From: a virus
Lineage: Duplodnaviria; Caudoviricetes
Direction: 5' to 3' (one strand)
Virus record (IMG/VR): IMGVR_UViG_3300043409_000487
Coordinates: 1 to 57,453 of that record
Length of the DNA stretch: 57,453 nt
The translations under genes were made by a program, and so were the position numbers. The notes under the pieces are model-generated. The model had not been told where the DNA came from. It saw only the letters and a program-made list of their open reading frames with translations, and did no database searches. Of this stretch, positions 46,497 through 54,640 are shown in pieces; the stretch's first letter is position 1; each line of letters starts with the position of its first letter.

Positions 46497-47966
46497 ATGG
46501 CAACTTGCCCAACGAATAAAATCGATAGCAATATCACAGGATTACGTGTAGCAACTGAAGAATGCTTGAAGCAGTTACCTGCAACTGGTGTTGTTTGGAC
46601 TCCACTCGAACCGAATTCATACGGTGACTTCGGTGCACAATACAAGACAACCGCACGAAACGCCATCAACCCATCACGTCAGCGACAAAAAGGTGCTGTC
46701 ACGGACATGGACGCTTCTGTTAACTACCAGACAGACTTCACAGGAAACAGCCTACGCACCATGATGGACGGCTTCTTGTTCGCTGCGTGGCGAAATAAGA
46801 CCACTGCTGCAGTGACCGCAGTTATTGCTGGTGGCTATACAGTTGGCACAACTGCAGTTGCTACGTTCAACGTGGGAGACTTGGTGTTCGCTTCTGGATT
46901 CACGCTCCCTGAAAACAATGGCTTGAAGTTGGTAACGGCAAAAACCACCACAGCACTAACAGTAGCTGGTGTCACTGCAGAAGCAACAGCAGGTACTGTG
47001 CAAAAGGTTGGTGTTCAGGCAGGTGCTGGCGACTTAAATATCACCGTGACGAGTGGTATTGTTGCCTTGAATTCGACAACACTGAACCTTACCACCTTGG
47101 GCTTGATTCCAGGAGAATGGGTGTGGGTCGGTGGTGATGCTGCAGGAACTGCATTCACGGCAACTTCAAACAATGGATTCTATCGTGTGCAGACAATTGC
47201 AGCCAATAAGATTGTTTTTGACCGTGTGCCTTCTACTGCCGTTGCAGACGCTGGTACTGGTGCCACAATCCAAGTATTCATCGGTGATGTTGTCAAGAAT
47301 GAATCTGACCCAGCATTGATTAAGCGTACCTCGTATCAGTTTGAACGTAGTTTTGGTGCCACTGATTACGAATATGTAGCTGGTTGTGTGCCAAATAGCA
47401 TGGAAATAAACGTAAGTACTGCGGAAAAACTTACCGTTGACTTGGGCTTTTTGGGTTCGTCTGTTGAAACTACCATTGCAGCAAAAACAGGCACACGTCC
47501 TGCGTTGGTTGCGAAGGACGCCTTCAACAGTTCAAGCGACATGACCCGTTTACGTTTAGTCAAGGAAGATACCAAACAAACATTGTTCACTTATGTGACT
47601 GAACTTAAACTTAGTGTCAACAACAACGCTCAAGCGACAAAAGCGGTGGGAGTTCTGGGTGCGATGGATGTCTCTGTGGGTGACTTTGTGGCGTCTGGTA
47701 ACGTGACTGCTTTCTACACGTCCGCAGACGCAGCAAACGCAGTTAAAAACAATTCAGCGGTGTCGTTGGATTTTGGGGTGGCTAAGAACAACACAGGTTG
47801 GTTGTTTGATGTGCCCTACGTAGTATTGGGTGATGGTCGTCGTAAGGTTGAAAAAGACCAAGCGGTTCAACTGCCATTATCTGCTGAAGGTGCTGAGCAC
47901 CCAACACTTCATCACACAATGTTGGTGATGAATTATGCGTATTTGCCAACGGTGGCAGAACAATAG
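46497..47966 (+). CDS. Major tail (tube) protein
   Basis: LEPNSY.DFG and R..INPSRQR.KG motifs; precedes chaperones and tape measure. Confidence 0.85.
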   Translation: MATCPTNKIDSNITGLRVATEECLKQLPATGVVWTPLEPNSYGDFGAQYKTTARNAINPSRQRQKGAVTDMDASVNYQTDFTGNSLRTMMDGFLFAAWRNKTTAAVTAVIAGGYTVGTTAVATFNVGDLVFASGFTLPENNGLKLVTAKTTTALTVAGVTAEATAGTVQKVGVQAGAGDLNITVTSGIVALNSTTLNLTTLGLIPGEWVWVGGDAAGTAFTATSNNGFYRVQTIAANKIVFDRVPSTAVADAGTGATIQVFIGDVVKNESDPALIKRTSYQFERSFGATDYEYVAGCVPNSMEINVSTAEKLTVDLGFLGSSVETTIAAKTGTRPALVAKDAFNSSSDMTRLRLVKEDTKQTLFTYVTELKLSVNNNAQATKAVGVLGAMDVSVGDFVASGNVTAFYTSADAANAVKNNSAVSLDFGVAKNNTGWLFDVPYVVLGDGRRKVEKDQAVQLPLSAEGAEHPTLHHTMLVMNYAYLPTVAEQ

Positions 47967-47975
47967 GAGAAACAC

Positions 47976-48437
47976 ATGAAAGACCAAAAACCAGATACAG
48001 CAGAAGTTGCTGCACAAAGTCCATACGCCTTGTTCGGCACTGACCAGAACATGGAGAAGAAGGGTATTGTATTAGACTACGGTGGCTTTAGCATTCGCAT
48101 TGCACGTGCTGGTGGCTCCAACAAGTCATTTGCCAAGGCTCTTGAATTGAAGTTGAAGCCATATCGTCGTGCTATGCAAACAGACACCATGGACGAAGCC
48201 GTTGCTGACAAGTTGATGAAAGAAGCATACGCTGAGCAAGTGGTTCTTGGTTGGGCTTCAACGGCTTATGGTGAGGGTAAGATTCCTGGAAAAGATGGTC
48301 AGGCTGTAGCATTCACTAAAGAAGCGTGTATCCAATTGTTCTCCGACTTACCTGACCTGTACGCAGACATCCGTGAACAGGCGCAACGTGCTGTGTTGTT
48401 TAAGTCTGAAGAGACGGAACTCGACGCAAAAAACTAA
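47976..48437 (+). CDS. Tail assembly chaperone (G-like)
   Basis: IARAGG.N; ends in a slippery A AAA AAC. Confidence 0.85.
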   Translation: MKDQKPDTAEVAAQSPYALFGTDQNMEKKGIVLDYGGFSIRIARAGGSNKSFAKALELKLKPYRRAMQTDTMDEAVADKLMKEAYAEQVVLGWASTAYGEGKIPGKDGQAVAFTKEACIQLFSDLPDLYADIREQAQRAVLFKSEETELDAKN

Positions 48438-48772
48438 TTGACGTGCTTTTGTACTTCCTGGAGCACGGGGAAGTAGAAACTGCTCTGATAGAGGCTTGCT
48501 TCAAACGTAAGCAACCTCTTCCAGATGCGATACAGGAAGCACCAGAATTATATCCGTGGAATGCTTGGGTGTTCGAAGCGTTCCAAGAACTCGGAACTTG
48601 TAGGAATGTTGGCTTTTCAATTGGACAAATACCTTGGACTGCCATACATGAATATGCAAACAGATACGGAATTGTTGGGGATGACTTCGACGAGTTAAAT
48701 TACTTAATACGTTCGATGGACGATGCGTTCTTAGAATACAAAGAGGAGCATAAGAGTGAGCACTCTGGCTGA
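48428..48772 (+). CDS. Tail assembly chaperone extension (T-like), reached by -1 frameshift at A AAA AAC (48428-48434)
   Basis: The -1 frame is open from the slippery site into ORF 48443..48772 (IPWTAI..YA); classic lambda G/GT arrangement. Confidence 0.8.
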   Translation, partial: KKLIDVLLYFLEHGEVETALIEACFKRKQPLPDAIQEAPELYPWNAWVFEAFQELGTCRNVGFSIGQIPWTAIHEYANRYGIVGDDFDELNYLIRSMDDAFLEYKEEHKSEHSG

Positions 48773-49175
48773 ATTTTCTAGGCGTATTGCAGCAATTGAT
48801 GTTGTTGGTAACATTAACCGTGGAATGCACGAAGTAGCGATTGCCGTTGACCAAACAGTTGTCCTTGCTACTCCAGTGGATACTGGCAGAGCACGTTCCA
48901 ACTGGTTAGTGCAATTAGACAGCCCAACCAACGACACAGTGGAACCTGCTGGAGTTGGTGAGGCTGCAACTCAGCCCTCGATAGACGCAGCTAAAGCAAC
49001 AATCAAAACATATGATTGCAGAGCAAATACTGCAATCCACATCACAAACAACCTCCCATACATTGAACCCCTGAACAACGGACATTCTGCCCAAGCACCT
49101 GCTGGGTATGTGGAACAGGCTATCCAAGCTGGGGTTGAGGCTGTCAGAAACATCAGGGTGCTAAATGACAACTGA
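48756..49175 (+). CDS. HK97 gp10-like neck/tail completion protein
   Basis: TPVDTGRARSNW and NNLPYI..LN.GHS.QAP motifs. Confidence 0.85.
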   Translation: MSTLAEFSRRIAAIDVVGNINRGMHEVAIAVDQTVVLATPVDTGRARSNWLVQLDSPTNDTVEPAGVGEAATQPSIDAAKATIKTYDCRANTAIHITNNLPYIEPLNNGHSAQAPAGYVEQAIQAGVEAVRNIRVLNDN

Positions 49176-52100
49176 AAATATTGACATCCGCATACGGGAA
49201 GATGGCTCCAGAGTAGTTACACGTAACTTGCGTGAGATGGCTCAGGAGGCTATGTCTAGTGACCGTGCTGTCGGACTACTGAAGAAAAGTTTGTTGGGCT
49301 TGGCTTCTGGGTTTGCAATATCTCAACTTATTCGTGAAGCAACAACTGCCTCACGTGAATTTGGTAAGGCAGTTGCCAACGTAAACACGCTGTTGGACGA
49401 TACTCCAGGACAGCTGGACAAACTGACAAAGTCTATTAAAGAACAGGCAGTAGCCTTTGGTTCTGACCCAACAAAACAAGCAGAAGCCATGTACCAAGTG
49501 CTGTCAGCTGGTGCAACAGACGCTGCAGATGCCATGAAAACACTTGAGGCTGCAAACAAACTGGCAGTTGGTGGTGTGACTGATGTATTCGTTGCTGCTG
49601 ATGGCTTGACTTCCGTCATGGGTGCATACGGTGATGCTGTCGGTTCAGCCACTGAAGTCTCGGATTCTATGTTTATTGCAGCCAAGGCAGGTAAAACTTC
49701 CATCAACGAACTTGCTTCTTCATTAGGTAAGGTTGCTCCTCTAGCAGCAACAATGGGTGTGAGTCTAGACGAACTGAACTCATCAATCGCTGCACTAACT
49801 AATGGTGGTATCTCTACGAGTGAGGCAGTCACTGGGATGAGGGCTATTCTTGCAGCTGTTGCCAAGCCCAGTAAAGAGGCTGCGGACATGGCTAAGTCTT
49901 TGGGCTTAGAATTCAATTCAGCTGGTGTCAAGGCAAAGGGATTCACTGGGTTCTTGAAAGACCTGACTGAAAAGACTGGCGGTTCTATGGACAAGATGGC
50001 TGTCTTGTTCGGTGGGGTTGAGGCATTGGTACCAGTCTTGGCATTGGCAGGAAACGCAGGTGAAGATTTTGCCAAAACGCTAGAAATGATGAAAGAAAAG
50101 GGTGGTGCAACTGAAGAAGCCTTCCGCAAGATTACTGAATCTGGTGATTTTCAGATGAATCGTCTTGCAGCAGTCGTGAAGACCGCAATGATTGATATTG
50201 GTGACTCAATCATGAACATTTTAGCACCTGCTGCTAAGTTCATTGCTGACAACTTCGACAACATTGCGAAAGCAGCAGCAGTCCTTGGTGCTGCTTTGCT
50301 GGTGGCATTTGCCCCAGAAATAATCGCATTGATTGGTGTTGGTCTGACGGGTGCACTGTCACTGGCTACTGGTGCTGTTTGGACTCTTACTGCTGCCATT
50401 GCTTCCAACCCGTTGGGCGCACTTCTGGTTGCAATCACTGCTGGTATTACTGCACTTGTTATGTGGCGTGATGAAATATCTGTGACCGCAGATGGCTTGG
50501 TGTCACTTGGGGATGTTGGTACTGCTGTTTGGGAGATGATGGCTGGAGGTATCGAGGTAGTCACTAACTACATGGGTGAGGCTTGGGACACAGCAACAGC
50601 ATTCGTTAGTGAACTGTTTGCTGCTTTTGGACAGAATGCTGGTTCTGTGTTGTCAGCTGTTGCAAACTTCGCAAAGAACACCATTAACGCTCAAATTGGC
50701 TTCTGGGTGTTTGCCTTCAACAGCATTCTCTCCGTGTGGAGAGGCTTCCCAGCTGCTTTCGTGGACTTTGTCCTTAGTGCCGTCAACGGTGCTATTGGAC
50801 TGCTTGAAGGCTTAATAAATAAATCAGTTGCTGGTGTCAACAGAATCATTGGCATGATGAATTCAGTAAACGCAGCACTTGGTGGTGATGCTGCCTTTGT
50901 ACCAGAGGTAAGTGCAGTTGCTCTAGGCAGGGTGAGCAACTCGTACGCAGGTGCTGGTCGTGCGTTAGGTAGGGAAATAAAGGCTAACTTCATTGGAGCC
51001 ATGAAAGAAGACTACGTTGGGGACTTTACTAATGATGTCATGGCTAAGGCTAGAGCAGCTTCTGAGAAAAGACGTGCTGCTGCAGCTGCCAAGCCCACAG
51101 TGCCCAAAACAGCTGTTCAGGAACTTGGGGATGCTGCAGGTGGTGCTGACGGTAAAGGCGGTAAGGGTGGTGGTGCTGACGGTGAAGATAAAAAGCCAGA
51201 AGAAACTGAAGCAATGAAGTTGAAAGCCCAGCTGCTCAAGGAAATTACTGGGTATCAAACAGACTACAACATGAAGCAGCAAGCACTAAACGAACTGTTG
51301 AAAGAGGGTTCTATAACAAATGAACAGTATGCAGCTGCGTTTGATAAGATTCGTGTTGAATATCTGTTGGCTAAGGGCGGAATTGAGAACGGCATTGAAG
51401 CTGGGTTGATTAGTCTGCACAAAACTGCCCAAGATACTGCCAAGGGTGTTGCTTCTGCTATTGGGCAGATGTACAACGAGATTCGTGGCTATGAAAATGA
51501 CTACATGACCAAGCAACAAGCACTCGATGCTCTGCTGAAGAATGGTTCCATCACAAATGAAGAATATGCAACATCCTTTAGCAAGATTCGTGCGGAATTC
51601 TTGCTTTCACAAGGTGGGTTGATGGCTGGAGTTGAGGCTGGGTTCTTACGCATGCACAAGTCTTCCAAAGACTTGGCTACTGAGATGGCTTCTTTCACCG
51701 AAAGTGCCTTCGGCAAGATGGGTGATGCCATGGCAGAATTTGTGTTGACAGGTAAGGCAGACTTCAAGGGACTTGTTAGTTCAATCCTTTCTGACCTTGC
51801 ACGGATGTTGATGAAGTACTTGATTACACAGGCTATAATCAAGGCTACGACAGCCATGTTTGGCGGTGGTTTTGCCAACGGTGGAGCATTTAGTGGCGGT
51901 TCAGAAGTAACTGCCTTTGCAAACGGTGGTGTGGTGTCAAGCCCGACTATGTTCGGCATGTCGGGTGGTCGTGTTGGACTTATGGGTGAGGCAGGTGCTG
52001 AGGCAATCATGCCTTTACGTAGAACTAAGTCTGGTAGATTGGGCGTAGAACTGACTGGGGCGCATGGTGGAGGTTCTTCACAAAATGTGTTCTCACCTTC

Positions 52101-52260
52101 TGTTGTTGTGAATGTGGAGAGCAAGAAGGGTGAAGACAGTCAGAAAACTGGCGACAATATTGGCAAAGAAGTCAACCGTCAACTGGAACAAGCAATGGCT
52201 GAATTCGTGAGAAAACAACAACGTCCTATGGGCATGCTTAACGCTGGGAGCAAGATGTAA
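49165..52260 (+). CDS. Tape measure protein
   Basis: 1031 aa, Ala-rich helical, TP901-like core; lambda-like C-terminus FANGG..GEAGAEAIMPL. Confidence 0.95.
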   Translation: MTTENIDIRIREDGSRVVTRNLREMAQEAMSSDRAVGLLKKSLLGLASGFAISQLIREATTASREFGKAVANVNTLLDDTPGQLDKLTKSIKEQAVAFGSDPTKQAEAMYQVLSAGATDAADAMKTLEAANKLAVGGVTDVFVAADGLTSVMGAYGDAVGSATEVSDSMFIAAKAGKTSINELASSLGKVAPLAATMGVSLDELNSSIAALTNGGISTSEAVTGMRAILAAVAKPSKEAADMAKSLGLEFNSAGVKAKGFTGFLKDLTEKTGGSMDKMAVLFGGVEALVPVLALAGNAGEDFAKTLEMMKEKGGATEEAFRKITESGDFQMNRLAAVVKTAMIDIGDSIMNILAPAAKFIADNFDNIAKAAAVLGAALLVAFAPEIIALIGVGLTGALSLATGAVWTLTAAIASNPLGALLVAITAGITALVMWRDEISVTADGLVSLGDVGTAVWEMMAGGIEVVTNYMGEAWDTATAFVSELFAAFGQNAGSVLSAVANFAKNTINAQIGFWVFAFNSILSVWRGFPAAFVDFVLSAVNGAIGLLEGLINKSVAGVNRIIGMMNSVNAALGGDAAFVPEVSAVALGRVSNSYAGAGRALGREIKANFIGAMKEDYVGDFTNDVMAKARAASEKRRAAAAAKPTVPKTAVQELGDAAGGADGKGGKGGGADGEDKKPEETEAMKLKAQLLKEITGYQTDYNMKQQALNELLKEGSITNEQYAAAFDKIRVEYLLAKGGIENGIEAGLISLHKTAQDTAKGVASAIGQMYNEIRGYENDYMTKQQALDALLKNGSITNEEYATSFSKIRAEFLLSQGGLMAGVEAGFLRMHKSSKDLATEMASFTESAFGKMGDAMAEFVLTGKADFKGLVSSILSDLARMLMKYLITQAIIKATTAMFGGGFANGGAFSGGSEVTAFANGGVVSSPTMFGMSGGRVGLMGEAGAEAIMPLRRTKSGRLGVELTGAHGGGSSQNVFSPSVVVNVESKKGEDSQKTGDNIGKEVNRQLEQAMAEFVRKQQRPMGMLNAGSKM

Positions 52261-52607
52261 TGGCAACACCAACCTTACCCAATTACCCTGTCTCATACGG
52301 TTCTGACGTGTCCAGTGAAGCCAAGGTACTTCAGGCAGACTTTGGGGATGGCTACACCCAACGGGCTGGGGACGGCTTGAATAATGTCCGTAGAACGTGG
52401 GAGGTAAGTTGGGAGAATTACCCCAACGCCTCAATTGTGGAACTTGAGACATTCCTCAAGGGTCAGGGTGGTTACAAGTCATTCTTTTGGACTCCACCAA
52501 ATTCAACTATTGCTGCCAAGTGGTCGTGCAAGACTTGGAAAAGCAAGCCAGCTGGGTTCGGAATATCCACGCTGAGTGCAACATTCGTTGAGGAATTTGA
52601 CCTATGA
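52260..52607 (+). CDS. Distal tail protein, lambda gpM-like
   Basis: FGDGYTQR..DGLN and SFFWTPP motifs. Confidence 0.9.
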   Translation: MATPTLPNYPVSYGSDVSSEAKVLQADFGDGYTQRAGDGLNNVRRTWEVSWENYPNASIVELETFLKGQGGYKSFFWTPPNSTIAAKWSCKTWKSKPAGFGISTLSATFVEEFDL

Positions 52608-53314
52608 CAGATACAATTCAGTCCCTTAGCCAACAACCAGAAGCAGGTGACTTGGTGCAACTGTTTATTGTTGACTTGACAAATATCGGTGGGACAATCT
52701 ACAGGTTTACCCCAGCACCGCTTGACAGTCATACTGTCAAGCTGGGCGGTGCTGAGTTCTTCCCAGTACCTGTTGAGGCAGATGGCTTTGAGTGGAATGG
52801 CACAGGAACTTTACCCACACCAACTCTAAAAATATCCAATGTTGAGAACATTGTGTCTTCAGCGATTGCTGAGTATGGTGACCTCATCGGTGGTGTTGTC
52901 ACCAGAATTAGGACATTCAAGCAATTCTTGGATGACGGTGCAACCCCTGACCCAGACGCACTATTCCCATTAGATGTGTACACTATTGAACGCAAGGTTG
53001 CTCAGAACAAGACCTACGTTCAGTGGGAATTGTCTGCAGCCATAGACCAAGAAGGTGTCAAACTTCCAAAAAGACAAACATTGAGGGATGCTTGTACACA
53101 TAGATACAGGATATTCTTTGCAAGCACTGGGACTTTCGACTACAATAAGGTGACATGCCCTTACGTTGGTTCCAGTTACTTCGATAAGTTTGGAAATGCA
53201 ACTACGATAGACAAAGATTCCTGTGGTAAGAAACTGTCAGATTGCAAACTTCGCTTCGGTGAAGGTGCAGTACTCCCGTTTACAGGCTGTCCAGGAATGG
53301 CAAGGATAAGATGA
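52604..53314 (+). CDS. Minor tail protein, lambda gpL-like
   Basis: Cys pattern C..YR...C.Y.G...D.CGK.LSDC..RF. Confidence 0.9.
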   Translation: MTDTIQSLSQQPEAGDLVQLFIVDLTNIGGTIYRFTPAPLDSHTVKLGGAEFFPVPVEADGFEWNGTGTLPTPTLKISNVENIVSSAIAEYGDLIGGVVTRIRTFKQFLDDGATPDPDALFPLDVYTIERKVAQNKTYVQWELSAAIDQEGVKLPKRQTLRDACTHRYRIFFASTGTFDYNKVTCPYVGSSYFDKFGNATTIDKDSCGKKLSDCKLRFGEGAVLPFTGCPGMARIR

Positions 53315-54030
53315 TGCTGACCAATGAACAAGTATTCGAGATTAAGAAGGCATTTGTGGCTTCATACCCACAGGAGGCTGTATTTTTACTCACTAAAAGT
53401 GGACTTAGGCAAGTACCCAATGTTGCCCCAAACCCAGAAGAAGACTTTGCAGTGTCAAGAGAAGACACGATAGAAGCGCAGCGTGAAGGCTTACTGGCAG
53501 TCATACATTCTCACCCAGACGGACAAGAGTTCCCAAGTCTAAGCGACATGGAACACCAAGTTGCTTCCAATGTCCCTTGGGCTATTGCAGTTTGCAACGG
53601 TGAAGAATGTGCAGACCTCTTCTGGTTCGGTACAGAACAACGTGAGCCGTTGGTTGGACGTGGGTTTAGGTTCGGTGTGACTGACTGTTATTCAATAATC
53701 AGGGACTATTACCACGACGAAAAGGGAATTGAACTCCCAGAATTCCCAAGAGAATGGGAATTCTGGAACAAGGGCAAAAGTCTCTACGTGGACGGATTCG
53801 GCAAAGCTGGATTCAAGGTCATCGACGAAAGCGAAATTCAAGAAGGTGACGTGTTCCTTTCACAGATACGTTCCCCAGTACCGAATCACGGTGGTGTGTA
53901 CTTGGGTAATGGGTTGATTATCCACCACACCACCAGTACGTTACCTGTGGATATGTCAAAACTCTCTGCCAGAGAACCAATAACACGGTGGCAGCAATAC
54001 ATAACACACTGGTTGAGGTATATGGGATGA
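53311..54030 (+). CDS. Tail assembly protein, lambda gpK-like (JAB + NlpC/P60)
   Basis: HSHP...PS..D, DCY and NHGGVYLG..IIHH motifs. Confidence 0.9.
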   Translation: MMLTNEQVFEIKKAFVASYPQEAVFLLTKSGLRQVPNVAPNPEEDFAVSREDTIEAQREGLLAVIHSHPDGQEFPSLSDMEHQVASNVPWAIAVCNGEECADLFWFGTEQREPLVGRGFRFGVTDCYSIIRDYYHDEKGIELPEFPREWEFWNKGKSLYVDGFGKAGFKVIDESEIQEGDVFLSQIRSPVPNHGGVYLGNGLIIHHTTSTLPVDMSKLSAREPITRWQQYITHWLRYMG

Positions 54031-54632
54031 TTAGGACAATCTACTTGGACGGTGCACTTGGTGCAAAGTATGGAACACAATTTGAACTGGAAGTAGACAC
54101 TATACCAGAAGCAGTGCGTGCTCTTTCAATGCAACTCAAGGGGTTGAAGGAAGATATTGAGTCAGGTTCATTCTTCATCTCTAGAGGCTCTCTAGACATT
54201 GGAGCAGAGATGCTTGGCGTAACCTTGGGCAATACCAAAGAAGTACGCATAACTCCTGTGCTGGAAGGTTCTAAGAACAGTGGTGTAGGTAAAGTTATTA
54301 TTGGTGTGCTGATTATTGCTGCTGCCTTCTTTACCGCAGGTGCTTCACTTGCAGCAATGGGTGCTGTATCTGTTATGGGTGTTAGTATGACCTCAGTTGC
54401 AATGTATGGCTTGGCGATTGCAGTTGGTGGTATCGCACAGATGTTGGCTCCAACTCCTAATGTTGGTGATTATGGGAGTCGTGAAAAGGATGAGAAACAA
54501 TCGTTCCTGTTTAATGGCGCAGCCAATACTGTTGAACAGGGTGGTGCTGTGCCATTGATATATGGCACAAAAATCAGAACTGGTTCTGTGGTCATATCTG
54601 CAGGGCTTAGTGTTGAACAAATTGCGGTTTAG
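54027..54632 (+). CDS. Tail assembly protein, lambda gpI-like
   Basis: EAVRAL, NTVEQG..VPLIYG and GS.VIS motifs. Confidence 0.9.
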   Translation: MIRTIYLDGALGAKYGTQFELEVDTIPEAVRALSMQLKGLKEDIESGSFFISRGSLDIGAEMLGVTLGNTKEVRITPVLEGSKNSGVGKVIIGVLIIAAAFFTAGASLAAMGAVSVMGVSMTSVAMYGLAIAVGGIAQMLAPTPNVGDYGSREKDEKQSFLFNGAANTVEQGGAVPLIYGTKIRTGSVVISAGLSVEQIAV

Positions 54633-54640
54633 GTGCATTC

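Noticed and set aside
48428-48434. Programmed frameshift as a novelty
   Set aside because: Standard tail-chaperone G/GT frameshift; listed as a feature only.
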